Assembly: GCA_963775505.1 (NCBI GenBank)
Contig: CAVZIL010000009.1
Location: 43,987-107,986, forward strand
DNA length: 64,000 bases
Direction: 5' to 3'
Origin: an uncultured Actinomycetes bacterium
Lineage (GTDB): Bacteria; Actinomycetota; Thermoleophilia; Gaiellales; Gaiellaceae
Shown: positions 36,311 to 44,547 of the stretch, one piece after another
Layout of the letters: each line of letters begins with the position of its first letter
Numbering within the stretch: position 1 is the stretch's first letter
Position numbers and translations under genes: made by a program
The notes under the pieces: model-generated
What the model saw: the letters and a program-made list of their open reading frames with translations, nothing else
The model's database searches: none
Told to the model about the DNA's origin: nothing

Positions 36311-37755
36311 CCGCCGGCGCCGGCTCCCCGCGCGCCTCCCGGTTCGAGATCCAGAACGCGCCGACGGCGGCGCCGGCGAACGCCAGTGCGGCGGCGACGA
36401 TCATGCCGGCCCGGAACCCGTCCACCGAGGCATCTCGCAGCTCCTGCGCGGTCTGGTCCATCGCGAGCGGGACGGCGCCGGGCACGTCGGTGCGGTCGTC
36501 GAAGACAAGCGAGATCACAAGCCCGATCACGGCAACGGCGATGAGGCTGCCGAGGCGCGAGACCGTCGAGTTGACGCCGGAGGCGATACCCGCGTACCGC
36601 TCGGGCGCCGACTTGAGCGCGGTGGCGGTGATGGGCGCCACCATCATCGCCAGGCCGAAGGAGAACAGCAGGAGCCCGGCGATCCCCCAGGTCCAGAACT
36701 CCGACTTCGTGTCGACGACGGCGAAGACGAGCGTCCCCAGCCCGATCAGGGCGGGGCCGACGGTCAGGTAGAGGCGCGGGCCGTGCCGGTCCGCGAGCGT
36801 GCCGAAGCGCGCGGCGAGAACGATCAGGACGAGGCTCGCCGGGATGTTGAGCAGCCCGGCCTCGAAGGGGGTGAAGCCGAGGAACTGCAGGTAGATGGTG
36901 AAGAACACGAAGAAGCCGTAGAGGCCCCCGTAGACCAGGAAGGTCTGCACGTTCGCGGCCGCGAAGTTCCGCTCGCGGAAGAGCGCGAACGGGAGCATCG
37001 GCTCGTCGACCCGCTTCTCGACGACGACGAAGGAGGCCAGGGCCGCGATCGCGATCACGAACGCCCACCAGAGGCCGCCGAAGCCCCGATCGGCGCCCTC
37101 GACGAGGCCGTAGGTGAGGAAGCCGAAGCCGGTCGCGGCGAGCGCTGCGCCGGGGAGGTCGAGCCTCCCCCTCCGCGCCGACTCGCCCTCGTCCTCGCGA
37201 CCGAGCAGCGCGAGGAAGACGGTCGCCGCGGCGAGCGGCAGGTTGAGGAGGAAGATCCAGCGCCACGACACCCACTCGACGAGCGCGCCGCCTGCGGGAG
37301 GCCCGAGAATCGTGGCCACGCTCGTGAAGGAGGTCCAGAGCCCGATCGCCCGCCCCGCGTCCGCGCCGTATGCGGCGCGCAGGAGCGCCAGCGAGTTCGT
37401 CGTCAGGAAGGCGCCCGCCACCCCCTGCAGGGTCCGGGCGACGATCAGGACGGCTTCGTTCGGGAGCGGCGCCGGCGAGCAGCGAGGCGAGCGCGAAGCC
37501 CGCCGCTCCGGCGATGAACGCGCGCCGGCGCCCGTAGCGGTCGCCGATCGCGCCGCCGACGAGGTAGAGCGCGGCCAGCGCGAGCGAGTACGAGAGGAAG
37601 ACCCACTGCTGCCCCGTGAGCCCGAGCCCGAGGTCCTCCTCGATCGTCGGGAGGGCCACGATGACGACGCTCACGTCGATGAACGCGAGCGACGAGCCGA
37701 GGGTCGTCGCAGCGAGCGTCAGCCGCTTGCGCGCCTCGAGCCCGAGCGTGTCCAC
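36276..37755 (-). CDS. MFS transporter, DHA2 (EmrB/QacA-like) family, frame disrupted after TM4
   Basis: The N-terminus (LAFIDVSVVIVALPTI, GDRYGRRR) is in ORF ..37755. The rest (ARTLQGVAGAFLTTNS...) is in ORF 36276..37421. The frames meet at about 37461-37464. Confidence 0.8.
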
Positions 37756-37777
37756 GGGCTGAGGATACGCTGGAAGG

Positions 37778-38353
37778 GTGATTCGCGGAGCGCTCGCAGG
37801 GGTGGTCGCCGCGGCAGTCTGGGCGGCGGCCGAGCCGGCCGTCGCGCGGCTCGTGCGCGCGCCCGCCGGCTACTCGGACCTGCGACTCCTCGGCGCGCCG
37901 CTGACGGGCGACGGTGCCCGCTGGCGCGAGGTCGGCCTCGCCGTTCACCTCGCGAACGGCGCCGTGTTCGGGACGCTCTTCGCCGCCGCCGGGGGACGCG
38001 GGTGGAAGCAGGGCCTCGCGGCGGCGCAGGCGGAGAACCTCGCGCTCTGGCCTGCGATGGCCGTCGTCGACCGGGTCCATCCCGATCGGCGGAACGGGAC
38101 CTGGCCGTCCCTCGTCGGCAACGGCCGCGTCTTCGCCTACGAGGCGGTCGTGCACGCGCTCTTCGGCCTCGTGCTCGGGTGCACTCGCCCGCAACTAGAC
38201 TTGCCGGCGTGGAGACCTGGCTGGCGATCGCCTCCCGGCGCGAGGTGCGGGACTACGCCGACACGCCGCTCCCGGACGAGGTCGTGCGGCGGATCCTCGA
38301 CGCCGGCAGGCTCGCGGGCAGCGCCCAGAACCGCCAGCCGTGGCGCTTCCTGA
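37778..38353 (+). CDS. Small hydrophobic protein, function unknown (3' end uncertain)
   Basis: GTG start with hydrophobic segments. The ORF runs 145 nt into the nitroreductase gene. An alternative frame stops at 38198, just before that gene, so the true end may differ. Confidence 0.4.
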   Translation: MIRGALAGVVAAAVWAAAEPAVARLVRAPAGYSDLRLLGAPLTGDGARWREVGLAVHLANGAVFGTLFAAAGGRGWKQGLAAAQAENLALWPAMAVVDRVHPDRRNGTWPSLVGNGRVFAYEAVVHALFGLVLGCTRPQLDLPAWRPGWRSPPGARCGTTPTRRSRTRSCGGSSTPAGSRAAPRTASRGAS

Positions 38354-38721
38354 TCGTCGAGAGCCCCGAGCTGCGCGAGCCGCTCGCCGACCTCGTCTTC
38401 GAGCCCGGGAACGTCCGCGGCGCGCAGCTCGTCGTGGCGATCGTCGTCGCGGGCAAGGGCCCGGTCTCCTTCGACGCCGGGAGGTGCGCCTCGAACATGC
38501 TGCTGGCCGCCTGGGACCAGGGCGTGGGCTCGTGCCCCAACGGCACTTCCGACCGGGATGCGGTCTCCGAGCTGCTGGCCCTCCGGGAAGACGAGCACGC
38601 GGCGACCGTGCTCACGTTCGGCTACCCGGCGAAGCCGCGCGACCCGGCCGCCCGCACTGCCGACGAGTGGAGCGCGCGCGCGAATCGCAAGCCGCTCGAC
38701 GAGCTCGTCGAGCGCGTGTGA
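38209..38721 (+). CDS. Nitroreductase-family protein
   Basis: RREVRDYADTPLPDEVVRRILDAGRLAGSAQNRQPWRF signature. The GTG start is at 38209. Confidence 0.8.
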   Translation: METWLAIASRREVRDYADTPLPDEVVRRILDAGRLAGSAQNRQPWRFLIVESPELREPLADLVFEPGNVRGAQLVVAIVVAGKGPVSFDAGRCASNMLLAAWDQGVGSCPNGTSDRDAVSELLALREDEHAATVLTFGYPAKPRDPAARTADEWSARANRKPLDELVERV

Positions 38722-39143
38722 CGAACCCCGAGGAGACCTCCGTCGCCGTCGGGGCGGCCATGTGGGCCCGCGACCGCGCCTCGCAGGCGCTCGGAATGTC
38801 TCTCGAGGACGTCCGGCCGGGCTACGCACGCGTGCGGATGGCGGTGCGACCGGACATGCTCAACGGGCACGGGACCTGCCACGGAGGGATCATCTTCGCG
38901 CTCGCGGACTCCGCCTTCGCCTTCGCGTGCAACTCGCGCGACGTGGTCACCGTCGCGTCGAGTTGTGCGATCGAGTTCCTCGCGCCGGTGCGCGAGGGCG
39001 ACGAGCTCGTCGCCGAGGCGCAGGAACGCGCGCTCGAGGGCCGGAACGGCGTCTACGACGTCGACGTCCGCCGCGTGGGCGGCGAGCTCGTGGCGACGTT
39101 CCGCGGCCGCTCGGCGGCGACCAGAGGCCGCGTCCTGGAATAG
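38718..39143 (+). CDS. PaaI-type hotdog-fold thioesterase
   Basis: The GTG start overlaps the upstream stop (GTGA). NGHGTCHGGIIFALADSAF motif. Confidence 0.8.
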   Translation: MTNPEETSVAVGAAMWARDRASQALGMSLEDVRPGYARVRMAVRPDMLNGHGTCHGGIIFALADSAFAFACNSRDVVTVASSCAIEFLAPVREGDELVAEAQERALEGRNGVYDVDVRRVGGELVATFRGRSAATRGRVLE

Positions 39144-39204
39144 CAGGCGGCATCCGGCCGGATCGTCAAGATGCTCCCTTCGGTCCTCGTCCCAGGAGGC
39201 TCGC

Positions 39205-39918
39205 ATGGACACCTGGCGAAAGTACGCAGCGGAGCTGCTCGGCACCTTCGTCCTCGTCTTCGGCGGCACGACTGCCATCCTCGCTGCGGGGACGTCCGAT
39301 GCGCGGCTGGTCATCATCGCGTTCGCGTTCGGGCTCGCCCTGCTCGCCGGTCTCTACGCCTTCGGCGAGGTCTCCGGCGGCCACTACAACCCTGCGGTCT
39401 CGCTCGCCATGTTTCTGGACGGACGCCTGTCGAGCGGCGACCTCGTTCGCTACTGGGTCGCACAGTTCGCGGGCGGGGTTCTCGGCTCCCTCGTCCTCCT
39501 GATCGCGACGAGCCGGCTCGCGGTCAAGGCGACAGCAACCGTTCCGGACCCACAGCTCGGCGTCGGCACGGCGTTCCTGATGGAGTTCGTCTTCACGGCG
39601 ATCTTCGTCTCGGTCATCCTTCAGGCCAGTGTCAGCGGGCAGTTCGGCGGGACGGCCCTGGTAGCCATCCCGCTCTCGCTCGTGGCGGTGCACCTGGCCG
39701 CAATCCCGTTCAGCGGGGCGTCGGTGAACCCGGCGCGCTCGTTCGGCCCGGCGCTGGTCGGGAACCAGTGGACGGACTTCTGGATCTACCTGATCGCCCC
39801 GCCCCTCGGAGCCGTCCTCGCCGTGGGGGTGCACAAGTACGTTCGCGGCGGCATCGCCGGACGGCCGGAGGCGCCGGTCGCGGAGGTGCTGCAGGAGCCG
39901 GATCGCCCGGCAACGTAG
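39205..39918 (+). CDS. MIP-family channel (aquaporin/glycerol facilitator)
   Basis: AGGAGG 6 nt upstream of the ATG, two NPA boxes (GGHYNPAVS, ASVNPARS), and six TM segments. Confidence 0.9.
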   Translation: MDTWRKYAAELLGTFVLVFGGTTAILAAGTSDARLVIIAFAFGLALLAGLYAFGEVSGGHYNPAVSLAMFLDGRLSSGDLVRYWVAQFAGGVLGSLVLLIATSRLAVKATATVPDPQLGVGTAFLMEFVFTAIFVSVILQASVSGQFGGTALVAIPLSLVAVHLAAIPFSGASVNPARSFGPALVGNQWTDFWIYLIAPPLGAVLAVGVHKYVRGGIAGRPEAPVAEVLQEPDRPAT

Positions 39919-39922
39919 GGGG

Positions 39923-40814
39923 TCAGGCGCCGCCGCGCCGCTTCAGCGTCACGAAGACGAGGAAGAGCATCAGCGCCGCCCCGGCGGCGAAGGGAAGGAC
40001 GCCGCTGAGCCCGAGCGAGCCCCCGTCGCCGTCCCCGAGGTTCGAGCCGACGGGCGGGCTGTTGCCGGTGAGCTCGGCGGGACGCGGTCTCCGTCGCGGT
40101 CTCCGCCGACTCCGTGACTTCGGGCTGGGTCGGCGCGGTTGCCTCGCCCGCCGCCGGCTCGCGCGGCCCCTCGGCGGCGAGCGGGATGTAGCGCCGGACG
40201 AGCCTGACGAGAGCGACCGCACCGGGGGCGTCGAGATGGATGCCGTCGCCGTGCGACTCCGAGAACCAACCCGGGTGTCCGCGCGAGTACTTGTTCCAGT
40301 TGGCGAGATAGAGGCGGGGGTGGCGTTCCCGGGCCTGCCTGATGATGCGGTTGATCCTCCGGTAGTCGGGGCGAGGGGTCGAGAGGTTCACCCAGACGAC
40401 CCCCTCGACGCCGCGGTCGATCGCCGCCCGCATCACCCGGTCCAGGTGGCGGCGGTACGTCGTCGAGGAGTCGTTGTAGCCGACGTCGACCACGAGCACC
40501 GTCCCGAGGTCGGTGTCGTAGTGCCGGATCGTCTCGAGCGTCGTCCTCGGGTAGACACCCGGCGGGTACGCGCAGCTCGGCGCCACGAGACGCCGGCAGA
40601 CCCGTAGATCGCGGCGGACGTCGTGCCCGCGTGAGAGCAGGCGCTTCGCCTTGCGGCTGAACTCGATCGCTGCCGCCTTCGAGTCGCCGATGAACGTCAG
40701 CTTGACGGCCCCGGCCGACCCGGCCCCGGGCCCCAGCGCCGTCAGAGCAGCGAGCAGGACGACGAGGAGAAGCGGTCCAGCGACCCCCGAGCGCGCGCGC
40801 ATGCAAAAGAGCAT
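39923..40814 (-). CDS. Secreted SGNH/GDSL-like hydrolase with C-terminal membrane anchor, frame disrupted before the anchor
   Basis: Signal peptide, FIGDSKA block I, GYND, and DGIHL block V. The C-terminal anchor (GVLPFAAGAALMLFLVFVTLKRRGGA*) is in ORF 39923..40222. The frames meet at about 40079-40085. Confidence 0.65.
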
Positions 40815-40924
40815 AGACCCGGCCCGTGCAGGCGTCGTCGGCGCGAAAGGCGATCCTGGCAAGCCGTTACGCTTGACCCACCCGGCCCTCCGCGGCGCGA
40901 TCCGAGGCCCGGCACCCCACTGCC

Positions 40925-42349
40925 GTGCTCTTCCCGACCGCCACCTTCGCAATCTTCTTTCTGGTCGTCCTGCCGCTCTCGTGGCTGCTGATGCCCTGGG
41001 TGCACCGCTGGCGGCCGTTCATCGTCGGTGCCAGCTTCGTCTTCTACAGCTGGTGGGACTGGCGGTTCGTCTTCCTGCTCGCGGGCTCGATCCTCTGGAA
41101 CCAGCTCATGGCCGCCCGGATTCACCAGGCGGCCGGTCAGGCGGGCCGCCGGAAGATGCTCCTGTGGCTCGCCGTGGCCGGGAACCTCGCAGTCCTCGGC
41201 TACTTCAAGTACTACGACTTCTTCGTCAGCTCGACCGAGAACCTGGCGACGCTCGTCGGCCTCGACATCCCGCTCGAGGTTCGCACGATCGTCCTTCCGG
41301 TCGGGATCTCCTTCTACACGTTCATGGGGATCAGCTACGTCGTCGACGTCTACCGCGGCGACACCGAGCCGACCACCCTCGAGAAGTTCGCCGTCTACCT
41401 CTCGTTCTTCCCGCACCTCGTGGCGGGGCCGATCGTCCGCCCGAACGAGCTGATCCCGCAGATCGACGCGCCGCGCTCTCCGCGCCGGGTCGACACGAGC
41501 CGCGCCTTCTACCTGATCGCCGCCGGGCTCTTCAAGAAGGTGGTGATCTCGAGCTACCTCGCCGGCAACATCGTCGACGAGGTCTTCGCCAACCCGGACC
41601 AGTACTCGTCGCTCGAGATCCTGATCGCGATCTACGCCTACGCGGTGCAGATCTACGCCGACTTCTCGGGCTACACGGACATCGCCATCGGCATCGCGCT
41701 CCTGCTCGGCTTCACATTCCCGCAGAACTTCGACTCTCCCTACGCCGCCGTCTCGATCCAGGACTTCTGGCGGCGCTGGCACATGACGCTGTCCCGCTGG
41801 CTCCGCGACTACCTCTACATCCCGCTGGGAGGAAGCCGCCGCGGCGTGGCCATCACCTACCGCAACCTGCTCCTGACCATGCTGCTCGGCGGGCTCTGGC
41901 ACGGCGCGGGGTGGACCTTCGTCGCCTGGGGCCTGATCCACGGCGTCGGGCTCTGCGCCGAGCGCTTCTGGCGGGAGCGGCACGGGACGAAGCCCGAGGA
42001 GACCTTCACCTGGGTCGACTATTTCTGGCGTCGCCTCGTCACCTTCCACGTCGTCTGCTTCGCCTGGATCTTCTTCCGCTCAGAGACGTTCGGCGTGGCC
42101 TGGGACATGATCACCGGACTCTTCACCCGCTGGGGCCAGGCCTCGCCGCTCGTCACCGGGCCCGTCCTCCTGGCGATCGCCGTCGGCATCGGCTCGCAGT
42201 ACCTGCCGCCGCGGGTGCCGCGCGCGATCCTCGCCGTCTTCTCGCGTCTGAACGTGGTCGCCCAGGCCGCCGTGCTCGGGGTCGCGCTCATGGTCACCCA
42301 GGCCCTCGGGCCCCAGGACGTGGCACCCTTCATCTACTTTCAGTTCTGA
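40925..42349 (+). CDS. MBOAT-family membrane O-acyltransferase (AlgI/DltB/PatA-like)
   Basis: Polytopic protein with FSGYTDIAIGIALLLGF, FWRRWHMTLSRWLRDYLYIPLGG, and the catalytic His region LLGGLWHG. Confidence 0.85.
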   Translation: MLFPTATFAIFFLVVLPLSWLLMPWVHRWRPFIVGASFVFYSWWDWRFVFLLAGSILWNQLMAARIHQAAGQAGRRKMLLWLAVAGNLAVLGYFKYYDFFVSSTENLATLVGLDIPLEVRTIVLPVGISFYTFMGISYVVDVYRGDTEPTTLEKFAVYLSFFPHLVAGPIVRPNELIPQIDAPRSPRRVDTSRAFYLIAAGLFKKVVISSYLAGNIVDEVFANPDQYSSLEILIAIYAYAVQIYADFSGYTDIAIGIALLLGFTFPQNFDSPYAAVSIQDFWRRWHMTLSRWLRDYLYIPLGGSRRGVAITYRNLLLTMLLGGLWHGAGWTFVAWGLIHGVGLCAERFWRERHGTKPEETFTWVDYFWRRLVTFHVVCFAWIFFRSETFGVAWDMITGLFTRWGQASPLVTGPVLLAIAVGIGSQYLPPRVPRAILAVFSRLNVVAQAAVLGVALMVTQALGPQDVAPFIYFQF

Positions 42350-43479
42350 TGGCCGTCGAGAGCGACAGGGCACGTGAGGTCGGGCCCCGCGGTCCGCTCG
42401 GATCGCCGACCGAGGAGGGACGACGCTTCTCCACCGCGTCCCGCGCGCTTGCCGTCACCGCGCTGGCGCTCTTCCTCGCCACTCTCCTGAACGCTCAGAG
42501 CATCTACAAGTCCGTCTACAACCAGCCCGAGGGGACTCAGCGAGAGGTAGCCCTTGCATTCGCCGGGCCGTTGCGCGAGGTGAGCATGGCCCTGCGGCTC
42601 GACCGGCCGCGAGCGTGGGTCGAGAGCGCGATCGGGCGGGAGCACGCGACCATCGACACCGAGATCGTCCTACCGCCGCCTCCGCCCGCCGTCACGACCC
42701 CGGTTGAGGGGCCTGGTAGCGGGTCGTCGGCGCTGCCGACCGGGGAGAGGGCACCGGCCCCGGCGTCGCCTGCCGAGCCCGAGAAGGTCGCGTTCTCGCC
42801 CCAGAGGAAAATGCGTCTCTGGGTCGCGGGCGACTCACTCATCATTACGCCCGGCTACGCCGTCTACCGCGCCCTAGGGCGGAACGCGGCCGTGGAGAAG
42901 GTGGGGGACGTCGACGGCCGGGTGGCCACCGGTCTGACCCGGCCCGACGTCTTCAACTGGTTCCGCCACGTGACCGAGCAGGTCGAGAAGAGGACGATCC
43001 ACACCGTCGTCTTCTGCTTCGGGGGCAACGATGACCACGACCTGATGACCGGACTGCCGAAAGGAGTGTCGCTGGACGGGTTCGGGGGCCCAAAGTGGAC
43101 GAAGGAGTACCGTCGCCGCGTCGGCGGCCTGATGGACATCGTCAACCGGGCCGGCGGGTTCGTCGTGTGGCTCGGCCTGCCGGTCACCGACGACGCCGCC
43201 CAGTCGCGCCGCTGGCAGATCCTCAACCGCGCCGCGCTTGCGGAAGCGCAGCGGCGCCCGAACACGGTCGCCTACGTCGACATGTACGGACTGCTCTCCA
43301 GGGACGGCGAGTTCGCTTCGTATCTGCGAAACGAGGACGGCGAGCTCCTGAAGGTACGGGCGCCCGACGGCGTCCACCTCGAGCGGGCCGGAGGCGACAT
43401 CGTCGCCACGGAGGTCGCCCGCCGGGTGCGGGAGGTCTACGACCTCTCGAGCTGGCGCGATACGGCGGATGGAGGCTGA
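42349..43479 (+). CDS. DUF459 / SGNH-like partner of MBOAT (membrane-anchored)
   Basis: The ATG shares one base with the MBOAT stop (TGATG). N-terminal TM, Pro-rich linker, VAGDSL block I, GGND, and DGVHL block V. Confidence 0.75.
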   Translation: MAVESDRAREVGPRGPLGSPTEEGRRFSTASRALAVTALALFLATLLNAQSIYKSVYNQPEGTQREVALAFAGPLREVSMALRLDRPRAWVESAIGREHATIDTEIVLPPPPPAVTTPVEGPGSGSSALPTGERAPAPASPAEPEKVAFSPQRKMRLWVAGDSLIITPGYAVYRALGRNAAVEKVGDVDGRVATGLTRPDVFNWFRHVTEQVEKRTIHTVVFCFGGNDDHDLMTGLPKGVSLDGFGGPKWTKEYRRRVGGLMDIVNRAGGFVVWLGLPVTDDAAQSRRWQILNRAALAEAQRRPNTVAYVDMYGLLSRDGEFASYLRNEDGELLKVRAPDGVHLERAGGDIVATEVARRVREVYDLSSWRDTADGG

Positions 43480-43512
43480 TCGCGCCCGCCGGCCCCAGTT
43501 GCAAAGTGGGAC

Positions 43513-43540
43513 TTGCAACGACCGGCGGACGGCGGATAAT
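43513..43540 (+). promoter_or_regulatory. Candidate sigma-70-type promoter of the SIR2/STAND pair
   Basis: TTGCAA (43513-43518), a 16-nt spacer, then GATAAT (43535-43540), in a locally AT-richer gap. The -35 element lies in the right arm of inverted repeat GTTGCAA-n8-TTGCAAC (43498-43519). Confidence 0.4.
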
Positions 43541-43587
43541 GAACTGTTGGCGACACCACGCCCACGCCCGAGCAGAGGGGAGGCACA

Positions 43588-44547
43588 CTGCTCGACGAGC
43601 CGCTCCACGTCCACTACAACGCCGTTGTCAAAGGGATGTTCGAAGGGCGAGTCGTTCCCCTGCTCGGGGCCGGCGTCAATCTCTGCGGTCGTCCCGAGGG
43701 AATGGTCTGGAAGTACGGGGATCCCAACCACATGCCGAGCGGCGACGAGCTGGCCGACTTTCTGGCCGACTACTTCGAGTTTCCGTCGGCGGGCCGTCCC
43801 GACCTCGCACGCGTCTCGCAGTATGCAGCCGTGATCCAGGGCTCCGGGCCGCTCTACGAGGAGCTGCATCAGGTGTTCGACAAGGACTATCCGCCGACGG
43901 GCCTTCACGCCTTCCTCGCCGCGCTGCCGTCGGTTCAGCGCGAGCGCCTCCCCGCCGCGAAGTACCAGCTCATCGTCACGACGAACTACGACGATGCGCT
44001 GGAGCGGGCGTTCAAGGCTGCGGGTGAGCCCTACGACGTCGTCACCTACGACGCCGAGGGTGAGAATCGCGGCAAGTTCGTCCACTGGCCGCACGGCGGC
44101 GAGCCTCGGTTGATCGAGCGACCGAACGAGTACACGGACATTCCCCAGACCGAGCGGACCGTGATCCTCAAGATGCACGGAGCGATCGATCGCGCAGATC
44201 CGGACCGGGACAGCTTCGTCATCACGGAGGACCACTACATCGAGTACCTCGCGCGCTCGGACATCTCGAACCTCGTCCCCGTGACCATCGCGGCCCGACT
44301 CCGGCGAAGCGCGTTCCTCTTCCTCGGCTACCGCATGCGGGATTGGAACCTGCGGGTCATTCTGCATCGAATCTGGGGTGAGCAGCGCCTGAGCTACAAG
44401 TCGTGGGCGATTCAGCTGGAGCCCGAGGCGATCGAGCAGGAGTTCTGGAGCAAGCGCGGCGTCGACATCCTGCGCGTGAGCCTCGAGGACTACGTCGAGG
44501 GTCTCCGTGAAGCTGTCAAAGCTCCGTTGGGAGCGGGCGTCGGCTGA
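43588..44547 (+). CDS. SIR2_2-family (sirtuin-like, predicted NADase) protein
   Basis: LLGAGVN, TTNYDDALE, ILKMHGAID, FVITEDHYIEY and FLFLGYRMRDWNLR. CTG 43588 lies behind GAGGGGAGG; the conservative start is ATG 43636. The stop shares a base with the next gene's ATG. Confidence 0.8.
   Translation: MLDEPLHVHYNAVVKGMFEGRVVPLLGAGVNLCGRPEGMVWKYGDPNHMPSGDELADFLADYFEFPSAGRPDLARVSQYAAVIQGSGPLYEELHQVFDKDYPPTGLHAFLAALPSVQRERLPAAKYQLIVTTNYDDALERAFKAAGEPYDVVTYDAEGENRGKFVHWPHGGEPRLIERPNEYTDIPQTERTVILKMHGAIDRADPDRDSFVITEDHYIEYLARSDISNLVPVTIAARLRRSAFLFLGYRMRDWNLRVILHRIWGEQRLSYKSWAIQLEPEAIEQEFWSKRGVDILRVSLEDYVEGLREAVKAPLGAGVG

Noticed and set aside
40060-40078. AELTG in the SGNH hydrolase tail as a possible sortase (LPXTG/LAXTG) sorting signal.
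   Set aside because: The motif order does not match L-A/P-x-T-G. The hydrophobic anchor starts about 25 residues downstream rather than immediately after. I therefore annotate only a generic C-terminal membrane anchor.
40651-43479. 942-aa plus-strand ORF covering the MBOAT region and the DUF459 gene.
   Set aside because: The upstream 566 codons are an alternative frame of the MBOAT gene with Arg/Pro-rich nonsense composition. The real gene starts at ATG 42349.
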